Positions 29,025 through 39,252 are shown, counted from the first letter of the stretch. The stretch: 64,000 nucleotides of DNA from Acidimicrobiia bacterium (GCA_026985095.1 JALSQW010000019.1:6785-70784); one strand, 5' to 3'. Made by a program: numbers and translations. Notes: generated by a model not told the origin, from the sequence alone.

Positions 29025-30461
29025 ATGACGGCGCCACGGCCCCTCGAACGCGTCTCGGACGATCTCCACGGCTACATCGAGCGTCTCCCCGTGGGGGTGT
29101 TCCAGACGACCCCCGACGGGCGGATCGTGATGGGCAATCCGGCCCTGGCCGAGCTCCTCGGTGCCCCTGACGTCGCCACCCTCCTCGACCTGTCCGTCAG
29201 GGACCTGTACGTCGAGCCCGAGATCCGCGACGGGTTCTTCGCCTCGTCGATCGACCGACCCATCCAACGGGACATCCAACTCGAGACCCTCGACGGTCGG
29301 ACCATCTGGGCCCGTTCGACCTGCCGTCCCATCTCGGGCCCCGACGGCGAGACCGTCCTCCTCGAAGGCATCCTCGAAGACGTCACCGACCGATACGAAA
29401 CCCAACGGCGTCTCGCCGACTCCGAACGCCTGTTCCGCACCGCCTTCCTCGACGCCCCCATCGGGATGATCATCAACTCCCCCGACCTGTCGGTCGTCCG
29501 CGCCAACCCCGCCTTCCTCGCCATGGTCGGGCTCCCTCCCGGAGCGGACCGGCTCCAGATCCGAGCGCTCGTCGACCGTAACGACATCGACGACATCCAG
29601 CGACGCCACGCCGCCATGACCGGCGGGACCCTCGACACCTACACCACCGATCGTCGCCTCCGCCGCACCGACGGAACGACCATCCCGGTGCGACTCCACG
29701 TCTCGGCCATCCGCTCGGCCGACAGAACCCTCCAATCGATCCTCACCCAGGTCGTCGACCAGTCCGACGCCGTCCGCTCCGAACGCGAGCTTCGCGAACT
29801 CGCCCGCTCGAAGGACGATCTCGTCCGGTCCGTCAGTCACGAGCTCCGGACCCCGCTGACGACCATCGTCGGCCTCGCCGCCGAACTCCACGAGCGTGCC
29901 GGTGACTTCTCCGACGCCGAACGCACCGAGCTCACCCGTCTGCTGGCGACGCAAGCCGACGAGATGGCCGACCTCGTCGACGACCTCCTCGCCGCCGCCC
30001 GCAGCGACGTCCTCGCCCTCGAGCTCAGGCTTCGGCCGACCGACATCGCCGCCGAGGTGCGGACCGTCACCGAGGCGTGGCGTCAGGGTGATCCCGAGCT
30101 GGCGCTGCCGGGGTCGCCCTGCATGGCGACGGTCGATCCGTTCCGGCTTCGCCAGATCATCCGCAACCTCCTCTCCAACGCCCACAAGTACGGCTCGGAA
30201 CCGATCACCGTCACCGTCGAGCACGACCACCCCGGCTGGTGTGCCATCCACGTCGCCGACGCCGGACAAGGGCTCCCCGAGAGCGAATGGGAAGCGATCT
30301 TCGAGCGGTACTACCGGGTGACCGATCTCCCCGGACTGCCCGGGTCGCTGGGCCTCGGCCTGGCCCTCGGGCGCCAACTCGCCCGCATGATGTCGGGCGA
30401 TCTCCGCTATCGCGTCGTCGACGGTCGCTCCGTGTTCACCCTCACCCTCCCCGCCGCCTGA
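29025..30461 (+). CDS. Soluble sensor histidine kinase with tandem PAS domains (HisKA + HATPase_c)
   Basis: H-box RSVSHELRTPLTTIVGLA, N/G boxes IRNLLSNAHKYG and GLGLGLALGRQLA, two PAS-like segments upstream, and no TM helices. No response regulator gene is adjacent. Confidence 0.85.
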   Translation: MTAPRPLERVSDDLHGYIERLPVGVFQTTPDGRIVMGNPALAELLGAPDVATLLDLSVRDLYVEPEIRDGFFASSIDRPIQRDIQLETLDGRTIWARSTCRPISGPDGETVLLEGILEDVTDRYETQRRLADSERLFRTAFLDAPIGMIINSPDLSVVRANPAFLAMVGLPPGADRLQIRALVDRNDIDDIQRRHAAMTGGTLDTYTTDRRLRRTDGTTIPVRLHVSAIRSADRTLQSILTQVVDQSDAVRSERELRELARSKDDLVRSVSHELRTPLTTIVGLAAELHERAGDFSDAERTELTRLLATQADEMADLVDDLLAAARSDVLALELRLRPTDIAAEVRTVTEAWRQGDPELALPGSPCMATVDPFRLRQIIRNLLSNAHKYGSEPITVTVEHDHPGWCAIHVADAGQGLPESEWEAIFERYYRVTDLPGLPGSLGLGLALGRQLARMMSGDLRYRVVDGRSVFTLTLPAA

Positions 30462-30519
30462 CCGCACCCGCAAGCGCCTCACTACCATCGGTCCCCGTTC
30501 CGTCCGACGGAGGTGGCCG

Positions 30520-31761
30520 GTGAGCGAGGTCGAGTTCGGGAAGGCCCTGGCCGAGATCGCCCTCCTCCTCGGGATCGGCTTCGCCCTCGGCACCGCCTTC
30601 GATCGGGTCCGCGTCCCCCGCATCCTCGCTTCCCTGTTCGTCGGCATGGGCGCTCACCTCGTCATCGGCAACCCCGATCCCTCCAGCCCCGTCGGATCCA
30701 TCCTCGGCCTCCTCGGGCAACTCGGCGTCCTGTGGCTGCTTCTCCTTATCGGCCTGGAGGTCGATCTGAAGGAGATGTCGCGCATGGGCGGCGACATCAT
30801 CCTCCTGACGGTTCTCAACACGACGGTGCCCTTCCTGCTCGGATTCGGGTTCATGGTGTCCCTGGGATACGGCGTGTTCCTGTCGTTGTTCATCGGCATG
30901 ACCCGGATGCCGACCGCCGAAGCCGTCGTCGTCCCCATCCTCGACGAGTTCGGCATGGTCAACACCCGGGTCGGTCGGTTCATCGTCGGCGCCGGCGTCC
31001 TCGACGACGTCATCGAGGTCATCTTGGTCGTCGTCACCTCGGTGTGGATCGGGACCGTGGCTGCCGGGAACCAGGGTCCGATCTCGGCCACGATCGAACA
31101 CGACATCTCCGACGTCCTGATCGGCGGTGTCGCCTTCGCCGTCGCCGCCTACACCGCCTACCGGTGGCTCCTGCCCTTCCTGGCGTCATGGACCCATCGG
31201 AAACCCCGCGAGCTCCTGCTGTTGAGCTCCGTGACGCTGTTCGCCCTCGGCGGCCTCGCCCAGTACGTCGGCCTCGGGCTCGTGGTCGGCGCCCTCATCA
31301 CCGGTGTCGTCCTACGACCGACCGTCGATGGGGATCGGCCCGAGCGAAGCGCCGTGCGTAACGCCATCGATCTGGGGGCCTACGGCTTCTTCGGCCCGAT
31401 CTTCTTCCTCTGGGTGGGCCTCTCGGTCGACCTGAGCGGCATGCTGAAAGCGCCCTGGTTGGCGGTCGGTCTGTTCTCGGCAGCGTTCTTCGGCAAGTTG
31501 ATCGGCGCCTGGCTGCTGGTTCCCTTCGGGCGAGCCACCAAGAGAGAGGCCCTCGCCACCGGCGTCGGGCTCAACGCCCGTCTCACGACCGAGATCATCG
31601 TCGCCCAGCTCCTCCTCACCGCCGGGATCATCAACGACCAGCTCTTCACCGCCCTCGTCGCCGCCTCAGGACTGTCGACGCTGCTCGTGCCGCCGCTGTT
31701 CGCCATCATGCTCGACCGCTGGGGACCCTCCCTCCGACCCGCCGAAACCGCCGCCGGATGA
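30520..31761 (+). CDS. Cation:proton antiporter (Na+/H+ exchanger, CPA family)
   Basis: 413 aa, about 12 TM helices. GTG start. ATGA overlap with the downstream P-type ATPase. Confidence 0.78.
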   Translation: MSEVEFGKALAEIALLLGIGFALGTAFDRVRVPRILASLFVGMGAHLVIGNPDPSSPVGSILGLLGQLGVLWLLLLIGLEVDLKEMSRMGGDIILLTVLNTTVPFLLGFGFMVSLGYGVFLSLFIGMTRMPTAEAVVVPILDEFGMVNTRVGRFIVGAGVLDDVIEVILVVVTSVWIGTVAAGNQGPISATIEHDISDVLIGGVAFAVAAYTAYRWLLPFLASWTHRKPRELLLLSSVTLFALGGLAQYVGLGLVVGALITGVVLRPTVDGDRPERSAVRNAIDLGAYGFFGPIFFLWVGLSVDLSGMLKAPWLAVGLFSAAFFGKLIGAWLLVPFGRATKREALATGVGLNARLTTEIIVAQLLLTAGIINDQLFTALVAASGLSTLLVPPLFAIMLDRWGPSLRPAETAAG

Positions 31762-34505
31762 GCGACCGCACCACCTCCACCGCCGCCAGCGCCGCCTCTG
31801 CGCCGACGTCATGGCATGCGATGCCCATCGATGACGTCGCCGGCGCCCTCGACACCGACATCGACCGCGGACTGACGTCGATCGACGCCGCCAAACGCCT
31901 CGACCGGTACGGGCCGAATCGGCTCGAGGAGGTGGGGAAGGAACCGTGGTGGAAGGCCCTCGCCCGACAGTTCCTCGATCCGCTGATCGGGATCCTCGCG
32001 GTCGCCGCCGTCATCTCGGTCGGCGTCGGCGACAGCGTCGACGCGATCGTCATCGTCGCCATCGTCGTCCTCAACGGACTGCTCGGCTTCGTCCAGGAGT
32101 ACCGGGCCGAGAAGGCCCTCGAGGCGCTGAAGCGGATGCTGACGCCGACCTGCATCGTGATCAGAGACGGCACGGAGCGGACGGTCTCCGCCGAGAGCCT
32201 CGTCCCCGGCGACGTCGTCGTGCTCGAGGTCGGCGACCAGGTTCCCGCCGACCTGCGTCTCGGTACCTCCCTCAACCTCCGGATCGACGAGTCGGCCCTG
32301 ACCGGCGAATCGGTCCCCGTCGCGAAGTCCACCGAACCGGTACCTCCCGACGCCCCCTTGGCGGAACGATCCGACATGGCCTTCATGGGGACGGTCGTCG
32401 TCAACGGTCGCGGCACCGGGATCGTGGTCGCCACCGCCATGGCCACCGAGTTCGGGCACATCGCCCGTCTGTCCCAAGAGCTCGGCACCGAGGAGACGCC
32501 GCTCCAGCGGCGGCTCGAGGGTCTCGGCAGACGCCTCGGTGCTTTGGTCGTCGTCATCGGCGTCATCGTGTTCGTCGGCGGTGTCCTCGCCGGCAAGCCC
32601 CCGCTCGAGATGTTCCTCACCGGCGTGTCGCTGGCGGTGGCCGCCGTCCCCGAGGGCCTCCCCGCGGTGGTGACGATCACCCTCGGCCTCGGGGTCCGCA
32701 ACATGGTGCGACGCAACGCGCTCATCCGCCGCCTACGGTCGGCCGAGACCCTGGGATCAGCGGACGTCATCTGCACCGACAAGACCGGCACCCTCACCGA
32801 GAACGAGATGACCGTCACCGAGATCTGGTTACCCGCCGGACCGGTCGTCGTCACCGGCACCGGCTACGACCCCGCAGGTCACTTCGAGGAACCCGGCCAT
32901 CTCGCCCACGGGAATCCCAGGCACAACCGCCGGGTGGACTACAAGCGGCGACCCGACCTGCGGGCACTGCTCGAGACCGGCCTGTACTGCAACCACGCGG
33001 CGCTCCAGCGAGATGAGCGCGGATGGCACGCGATCGGCGATCCGACCGAGGTGGCGCTCATCGTGGCCGCCTACAAGGCGTGGCTCAGTCCCAACGACCG
33101 AGACGAGCCGATCGCCGAGATCTCCTTCAACTCCCAGCGGAAACGCATGACCGTCGTCGTCCGCCACGATCACGGCCCGGTCGTCGCCCACATCAAGGGC
33201 GCCCCCGAGGTGATCCTCGAACGATGCACCAAGATCCTCGACGGCGATCACGAGCGGGCCATCACCGACGAGGACCGTGCGCGGGCGACTCGCGCCTTCC
33301 AGGAACTCGCCGAACGCGGCCTCCGCACGCTGGCGTTGGCTCGCCGACCGCTCGACCCCGACACGCCGATGGACGAAGCACACGTCGAGAACGACCTGAC
33401 GTTCCTCGGCATCGTCGGCATCATCGATCCGCCCCGTCCCGAGGTCCGTCCCGCCATCGAGGTCGCCAAGGGAGCCGGGATCCGCACCATCATGATCACC
33501 GGCGACGCCGCCGAGACCGCCCTCGCCGTCGCCCGGCGCATCGGCCTCCACGCCGATCGAGCCGTCATCGGTACCGACCTCGACGGCATGTCCGACGACG
33601 AGCTCGCCGAGGTCGTACGCGAGCCCGTGCTGTTCGCCCGCACCGCGCCCGAGCACAAACTCCGCATCGTCTCGGCCTTGCAACACCAAGGCGGCGTGGT
33701 CGCCATGACCGGTGACGGGGTCAACGACGCACCGGCCTTGAAGCAGGCCGACATCGGCGTGGCGATGGGTCGGCGCGGTACCGACGTCGCCAAGGCTGCC
33801 GCCGACATGGTCCTCACCGACGACAACTACGCCACGATCGTCGCCGCGGTCGAAGAGGGACGGCGCCTCTACGACAACATCCAGAAGTTCATCCGCTATC
33901 TGCTGTCATCGAACACCGGTGAGGTGCTGGCCATCTTCGCCAACATCCTCATCGGCGGCCCGCTCATCCTGCTCCCGGTGCAGATCCTGTGGATGAACCT
34001 GATCACCGACGGCATGACCGCCGTCGCGCTCGGGGTCGAACCGGCCGAACCCGACATCATGCGCCAGCCTCCCCGCGACCCGCGGGCCCCGATCCTGAGC
34101 CGGCATGCCATGACCCAGATCGGGCTCCTCGGCAGCTACGTCGGGATCGCCACCCTGGTCGTCTTCACGATCTACCTCGCCGGCAGCGACCTCCACGTCA
34201 CCAAGGCCCACACGATGGCCTTCACCGGCATCGTCATCTTCGAGAAACTGAACGTGTTCAACTTCCGCTCGCTTCGGTTGCCCCTGTACCGGATCGGGTT
34301 CCTGTCCAACCGATGGCTCCTGGCGGCGTGGGCGACCACGGTCTCGCTTCAGGTCCTCGCCGTGTACGCGCCGCCGCTGCAGCGGGCGCTCGGGACGGTG
34401 CCACTGCATGTGAACGACTGGCTCGTGATCTTCGCCGTGGGCGCCCCGATCTTCGTCATCACCGAGGGAGTGAAATGGTGGGGATCGCGGCGTGGGCGGC
34501 GCTAG
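31758..34505 (+). CDS. P2-type cation-translocating ATPase (calcium-transporting, SERCA/PMCA-like)
   Basis: 915 aa. DKTGTLTEN phosphorylation motif, TGDAAETA, GDGVNDAPALKQADIGVAMG, and N-terminal cation ATPase domain motifs (TGESVPV). Confidence 0.9.
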   Translation: MSDRTTSTAASAASAPTSWHAMPIDDVAGALDTDIDRGLTSIDAAKRLDRYGPNRLEEVGKEPWWKALARQFLDPLIGILAVAAVISVGVGDSVDAIVIVAIVVLNGLLGFVQEYRAEKALEALKRMLTPTCIVIRDGTERTVSAESLVPGDVVVLEVGDQVPADLRLGTSLNLRIDESALTGESVPVAKSTEPVPPDAPLAERSDMAFMGTVVVNGRGTGIVVATAMATEFGHIARLSQELGTEETPLQRRLEGLGRRLGALVVVIGVIVFVGGVLAGKPPLEMFLTGVSLAVAAVPEGLPAVVTITLGLGVRNMVRRNALIRRLRSAETLGSADVICTDKTGTLTENEMTVTEIWLPAGPVVVTGTGYDPAGHFEEPGHLAHGNPRHNRRVDYKRRPDLRALLETGLYCNHAALQRDERGWHAIGDPTEVALIVAAYKAWLSPNDRDEPIAEISFNSQRKRMTVVVRHDHGPVVAHIKGAPEVILERCTKILDGDHERAITDEDRARATRAFQELAERGLRTLALARRPLDPDTPMDEAHVENDLTFLGIVGIIDPPRPEVRPAIEVAKGAGIRTIMITGDAAETALAVARRIGLHADRAVIGTDLDGMSDDELAEVVREPVLFARTAPEHKLRIVSALQHQGGVVAMTGDGVNDAPALKQADIGVAMGRRGTDVAKAAADMVLTDDNYATIVAAVEEGRRLYDNIQKFIRYLLSSNTGEVLAIFANILIGGPLILLPVQILWMNLITDGMTAVALGVEPAEPDIMRQPPRDPRAPILSRHAMTQIGLLGSYVGIATLVVFTIYLAGSDLHVTKAHTMAFTGIVIFEKLNVFNFRSLRLPLYRIGFLSNRWLLAAWATTVSLQVLAVYAPPLQRALGTVPLHVNDWLVIFAVGAPIFVITEGVKWWGSRRGRR

Positions 34506-35440
34506 GCGGCGCCGGGGATCGTCGCTTCCAGTTCCAGCACCTCGGGTACGGTCGGCAGCGCGAGGCCGCGTTCGGACACCGAGCGAGCCGCCGCCGCGTT
34601 CGCGAACCTGACGGCTTCCGGCCAGCCCTCTCCGGTGGCCCGACGGACGGCGAGCGCGGCGATGAAGACGTCGCCGGCCCCGGTCTCGTCCACCGCCCGA
34701 ACGGGCGCGGTCGGGACGTGGCGGGTCCCCAGCGTGGTGTCCACCAGCAGGGAACCATGGGCCCCGAGCTTCACGACCGCCCGTTCGATCCCCAGGTCGA
34801 CCAGTTCGCGGGCCCCGAGCCATGGGGCCGCCTGGGTGGTGAGATCCCGACCGGTGAGCGCTGCCGCCTCCTCCCGATCAGGGGTGATGACCTCTGCCCG
34901 CTGCAATGCAGAGAGCGTGACCTGCTCGGGCGAGGCAGGATCCAGATAGACCGGGATGCCCTTCCCCGAGGCCCAGGTGAGGAGCCGATCCACCACGTCG
35001 GGAGGAACCTCCCCTTGGGTGAGCAGCACGTCGCGATCGGCGAGCTTCGCCAGCGCGGCCTCGACGTCGTTCCACGTGAGGTGGTTGTTGACGCCCGGTG
35101 AGAACACGAGTGAGACGTGATGGCCCTCGACGAGGCGGATCACGACGAAACCGGTCCGTTCGCCGGCGGTCACCGCGACGCCGTCGGCATCGACCCCGTC
35201 GCCCTCGACCGCGGCGACGCACAGATGGCCGAACTCGTCGTCGCCCACCCGTCCGACGAGAACGACGTCGGCGCCGAGCCTGGCTGCGGCCCGAGCCTGG
35301 TTGGCGCCCTTGCCTCCCGGTTCGATCAGGTAGTGGTCGGCGAGGTAGACGGCACCCACTCCCGGTTCCTCGACACCGAACAGGTGGATGTCCATGTTGA
35401 GGCCGCCGACGACGCCGATCCGGACCGGGTCGCCGTTCAC
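34502..35440 (-). CDS. Ribokinase/pfkB-family carbohydrate kinase
   Basis: VRIGVVGGLNMD N-terminus, GGKGANQA, and a C-terminal DTTGAGD-like motif (VDETGAGDVFIAALA). I chose the GTG at 35440, which overlaps the upstream stop (GTGA). The ATG at 35397 is an alternative start. Confidence 0.8.
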   Translation of the reverse strand: MNGDPVRIGVVGGLNMDIHLFGVEEPGVGAVYLADHYLIEPGGKGANQARAAARLGADVVLVGRVGDDEFGHLCVAAVEGDGVDADGVAVTAGERTGFVVIRLVEGHHVSLVFSPGVNNHLTWNDVEAALAKLADRDVLLTQGEVPPDVVDRLLTWASGKGIPVYLDPASPEQVTLSALQRAEVITPDREEAAALTGRDLTTQAAPWLGARELVDLGIERAVVKLGAHGSLLVDTTLGTRHVPTAPVRAVDETGAGDVFIAALAVRRATGEGWPEAVRFANAAAARSVSERGLALPTVPEVLELEATIPGAA

Positions 35441-36570
35441 GAGACCGCGACCCCCAGCAACGTGCCGATACCGAAGGTGACGGCGGCGGCAGCGAGCCCG
35501 AATCCCATCTGCCGGAACCCCGAGAACCAGACGTTGCGACCGGTCATCAGCGAGATCGCGGCACCGAGCCCGAAGAGTCCGAGGCCGCTGAGGACGATCG
35601 CCCCCCAGATCGCCGGAGCACCGGCGGACACGAGGAACGGGAACACCGGCAAGATCGCACCGGCGGAGAACAGGAAGAACGAGGCGAGGGCCGCCTCCCA
35701 CGGCGACCCACCGAGCTCGTCGGGATCGATCCCCAGCTCCTCACGGGCCATCGTGTCGAGTGCCTTCTCCTCGTCCTGCATCACCCGAGCCGCCAACTCC
35801 GCCGCCTGATCGGCCGGCATCCCCTTCGACTCGTAGATCAGCGCCAGCTCCTCGGCCTCCTCCTCGGGGATCTCGCGGATCTCACGTCGTTCGATCTCGA
35901 TCTGTCGTTCGTACAGCTCGCGCGACGACTGGACCGAGATCCATTCCCCCAGGGCCATCGAGATGGCTCCCGCGAGGAGACCCGCGACGCCGGCGATGAC
36001 GATGGAGCTGTTGGCGTCGGTGGCGCCGGCGACGCCCATGACCAGCGACATGTTCGACACGAGGCCGTCGTTGGCTCCCAGCACCGCCGCCCTGAGGGCG
36101 TTACCTCCGACGGCCGAATGGCGGCCCTCGATACGGGCGAGGACGGGACCGGTGATCGTCTTGGGCCCTTCGCCGGCCAGCTGGGCCAGGATCCGGGCAT
36201 GGGACCGCTCATCGGCGGGAAGGCTCGTGCCCTGCGTCTCGGGCTGGTCGTCGTACATGAACTGCCCGGCCTTCTCCTCGGCAGCCATGGTCGTGACCAG
36301 GACGTTGGTGCCGAGGCGCTTGGCCAGCCAGATGAGGATCTTGGCGCGCCGGGAAGGTTCGGGTTCGCCGAGTTCGACGCCGCCGGCGGCGAGCTTGTCG
36401 CGCCAGAACGCGGCGTGCCGCTCCTCGGTGGTGGCGAGCTTCCGGTAGAGCTCCTGCAGTGCCGGGTCCGACTCCATGTCGGCCAGCGCCCGGTACATCG
36501 CCGCGCCGTCGATCTCGTCCTGGTAGTTCTCTCGGTACCGTGCGATGTCCTCGGCGGTCGCCATGTCCAC
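35437..36570 (-). CDS. Ferritin-like (rubrerythrin/erythrin-type) domain fused to VIT1/CCC1-family iron/manganese transporter
   Basis: N-terminal ferritin-like four-helix segment (AAMYRALADMES...TTEERHAAFWRDK) followed by a VIT1 membrane domain (GANDGLVSNMSLVMGVAG...). Confidence 0.85.
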   Translation of the reverse strand: MDMATAEDIARYRENYQDEIDGAAMYRALADMESDPALQELYRKLATTEERHAAFWRDKLAAGGVELGEPEPSRRAKILIWLAKRLGTNVLVTTMAAEEKAGQFMYDDQPETQGTSLPADERSHARILAQLAGEGPKTITGPVLARIEGRHSAVGGNALRAAVLGANDGLVSNMSLVMGVAGATDANSSIVIAGVAGLLAGAISMALGEWISVQSSRELYERQIEIERREIREIPEEEAEELALIYESKGMPADQAAELAARVMQDEEKALDTMAREELGIDPDELGGSPWEAALASFFLFSAGAILPVFPFLVSAGAPAIWGAIVLSGLGLFGLGAAISLMTGRNVWFSGFRQMGFGLAAAAVTFGIGTLLGVAVS

Positions 36571-36636
36571 ACCCTTTCGCGAAGCACCTGCAGACTACCG
36601 GAGGCACCGAGCCCAGCCGGGCGCCCGCGACGCATG

Positions 36637-36662
36637 CCCACCCCGGGTGGGGTGGTATACTC
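36637..36662 (+). promoter_or_regulatory. GC-rich inverted repeat CCACCCC-GGGT-GGGGTGG directly abutting a TATACT -10-like hexamer, upstream of the cytochrome c/copper-ATPase pair. It resembles CsoR-type copper-repressor operators.
   Basis: Read directly: 7-bp perfect arms with a 4-nt spacer at 36638-36655, then TATACT at 36656-36661, about 80 bp upstream of the cytochrome c ATG. Confidence 0.4.
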
Positions 36663-36738
36663 CCGGGTGCCCCGCCCCCGATGGCGTCGACGCCGTCGGG
36701 TCGATGGTCCCATCCCGAACCCCACCGAAGGTCCCTCG

Positions 36739-37122
36739 ATGCGCCGCATGATCATCGGAGTCACGATCGCCGCCATCGCGCTGATCGCTCTCGCCTTCGC
36801 CCTCGGCGACGGCGACGGCGACGGATCCGGCGCCCTGCCGGCCGGCGACCCGGTGCGAGGCCAGACGCTCTTCGAGCAACGATGTGCCGCCTGCCACGGC
36901 ACCGACGCCGAGGGGACGACCCAGGGGCCGCCACTGGTCCATCCCTTCTACCGGCCCGGCCACCACGCCGACGGCGCGTTCCTGATCGCCGTTCGACGAG
37001 GCGTGACCCCGCACCATTGGAACTTCGGACCGATGCCCGCCATCCCGGATCTCTCCGAACAGGCCATCGCCGACATCACCCGCTACGTCCGCGGCCTGCA
37101 GGAGGCCGCCGGAATCCGCTGA
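36739..37122 (+). CDS. Class I c-type cytochrome (monoheme, secreted/membrane-anchored)
   Basis: Signal/anchor MRRMIIGVTIAAIALIALAFA, heme-binding CAACHG, downstream Met ligand region. Only the last 127 aa of the 334-aa track ORF is used. The stop lies 12 bp before the ATPase start, which has a GAGGAG Shine-Dalgarno. Confidence 0.8.
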   Translation: MRRMIIGVTIAAIALIALAFALGDGDGDGSGALPAGDPVRGQTLFEQRCAACHGTDAEGTTQGPPLVHPFYRPGHHADGAFLIAVRRGVTPHHWNFGPMPAIPDLSEQAIADITRYVRGLQEAAGIR

Positions 37123-37136
37123 CGAGGAGATCGACC

Positions 37137-39194
37137 ATGCACGACCACACCGACCACGACCGACCCGCGGCGACCGGCACCGGCTCGCCCCCCGCCGAAC
37201 GCGACCAGCACGCAGACCACGGCGGCCACGACAAGCACGAGGGTCACTCACCCGAGATGTTCCGCGACCTGCTCGCGATCAGCATCGCCCTCACCCTGCC
37301 GATCCTGTACTTCTCGCCGCAGATCCAGACGTGGTTCGGATACGAAGCGATCACGTTCCCCGGGTCGTGGCTCATCACCCCGGTCCTGGCAACGATCCTG
37401 TACTTCTACGGCGGTCGGCCGTTCCTCGTCGGCGCCCGCCGCGAGCTGCGTGCCCGCATGCCCGGCATGATGACCCTGATCACGGTCGCCATCACCGTCG
37501 CGTACGCCTACAGCATCGCCGTCACGTTCGGGTTCCCCGGCGAACCGTTCTACTGGGAACTGTCGACGCTGATCGTCGTCATGCTCCTCGGCCACTGGAT
37601 CGAGATGCGGTCGGTCCAGAGCGCCTCTCGCGCCCTCGACGAGCTCGCCAAGCTCCTCCCCACCGAGGCGCATCGCCTCGACCCCGACGGGTCGATCGTG
37701 GACGTTCCGATCGACCAGCTCCAGATCGGTGACCGGATCCTCGTCCGTCCGGGCGAGCAGATCCCCGCCGACGGGTTCGTACAAGAGGGCCGTTCGTCGG
37801 TCAACGAGGCGTTCCTGACCGGCGAGTCGCGGCCCGTCACCAAACAGGAAGGCGACGAGGTCGTCGCCGGCGCGATCAACGGCGAGGGAGCGCTCACCAT
37901 CGAGGTGTCCCGCGTCGGCGGCGACACCACGCTGTCGCAGATCATGCGGCTCGTCGAGGAGGCTCAGCGATCCCGATCGCGGTTCCAGGTCCTGGCCGAC
38001 CGGGCAGCGTTCTGGCTCACGGTGATCGCCCTCGGCGTCGCCGCTCCCACCTTCCTGATCTGGTTCGGCGTCGGCGCAGGGGTGACCTTCGCGGTCACCC
38101 GGATGGTCACCGTCCTCGTCATCGCCTGCCCTCACGCCCTCGGCCTGGCCATCCCCCTGGTCACGGCCAACGCCACCTCGATGGCCGCATCCCACGGCGT
38201 GCTCGTCCGCAACCGAGAAGCCTTCGAGCGCGGCTATGCCGTCGACGTCGTGGCCCTCGACAAGACCGGCACCCTCACCGAGGGTCGGTTCGCCGTCTCC
38301 GCGATCGGCACCGACCGCATCGACGCCGACCGAGCCCTGGCCCTGGCCGCCGCCATCGAACGATCCTCCGAGCACCCCCTCGCCTCGGCCATCGTCGACG
38401 CCGCCACCGAACGCGGCGTCGACGTCCCCACCGCGACCGACGTCGCCGCGGTCCCCGGACGCGGCATCCAGGCCCGCATCGACGGCATCGCCTACGCCGT
38501 CGGAGCACCCGAATGGGCGGCGGAACTCGACGCCACCGTCCCACCGGCGGTGCGAGAGGAGCTCGCCGAAGCCGACCGCCGCGGCGAATCGGCCGTCGTG
38601 GTCATGTCCGAAGGGAAGGCCATCGCCGCGATCCGACTGGCCGACAGGATCCGGCCCACCGCGGCGGCCGCCATCCGGGCGCTCCGCGAGATGGGTGTCG
38701 AACCGGTCATGATCACCGGCGACGCCGAAGCCGTGGCCCGCACCGTGGCCGGAGAGCTCGGCATCGAGCGCTACTTCGCCAGGGTCCTGCCCCAGGACAA
38801 GGCCCGCATCGTCGCCGACCTGAAGAAGACCGGGAAGGTGGCCTTCGTCGGAGACGGCATCAACGACGCACCCGCCCTGGTCAACGCCGACCTGGGCATC
38901 GCCATCGGGGCAGGCACGAACGTGGCCATCGAATCGGCCGACCTCGTGCTGGTCGAAGACGACCCCCGCGGCGTCCCCCGGGCCCTTCGATTGGCACGTC
39001 TCACCCGCCGCAAGATGGTGCAGAACCTGGCGTGGGCTACGGGCTACAACGTCATCGCCATCCCCCTCGCCGCCGGGGTCGCCTACACCGCCGGGCTCGT
39101 CCTCTCTCCCGCGGTCGGCGCGTTGTTCATGTCGCTGTCGACGGTGATCGTGGCGGTCAACGCCATGGCGATGCGCCGCGTCGATCTGACGTGA
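37137..39194 (+). CDS. Heavy-metal (copper) translocating P1B-type ATPase, CopB-like (P1B-3: His-rich N-terminus, CPH motif)
   Basis: His-rich N-terminus (HTDHDRP...HADHGGHDKHEGH), TM6 CPHALG, DKTGTLTEG, GDGINDAPAL, HPLASAI. The CPH motif plus the His-rich tail are characteristic of P1B-3/CopB pumps. Confidence 0.88.
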   Translation: MHDHTDHDRPAATGTGSPPAERDQHADHGGHDKHEGHSPEMFRDLLAISIALTLPILYFSPQIQTWFGYEAITFPGSWLITPVLATILYFYGGRPFLVGARRELRARMPGMMTLITVAITVAYAYSIAVTFGFPGEPFYWELSTLIVVMLLGHWIEMRSVQSASRALDELAKLLPTEAHRLDPDGSIVDVPIDQLQIGDRILVRPGEQIPADGFVQEGRSSVNEAFLTGESRPVTKQEGDEVVAGAINGEGALTIEVSRVGGDTTLSQIMRLVEEAQRSRSRFQVLADRAAFWLTVIALGVAAPTFLIWFGVGAGVTFAVTRMVTVLVIACPHALGLAIPLVTANATSMAASHGVLVRNREAFERGYAVDVVALDKTGTLTEGRFAVSAIGTDRIDADRALALAAAIERSSEHPLASAIVDAATERGVDVPTATDVAAVPGRGIQARIDGIAYAVGAPEWAAELDATVPPAVREELAEADRRGESAVVVMSEGKAIAAIRLADRIRPTAAAAIRALREMGVEPVMITGDAEAVARTVAGELGIERYFARVLPQDKARIVADLKKTGKVAFVGDGINDAPALVNADLGIAIGAGTNVAIESADLVLVEDDPRGVPRALRLARLTRRKMVQNLAWATGYNVIAIPLAAGVAYTAGLVLSPAVGALFMSLSTVIVAVNAMAMRRVDLT

Positions 39195-39252
39195 CGCTGC
39201 ATCGATAGCGACCCACCACGCGTAGGCTGCCCCCGATGGAGGAACGATCCCG

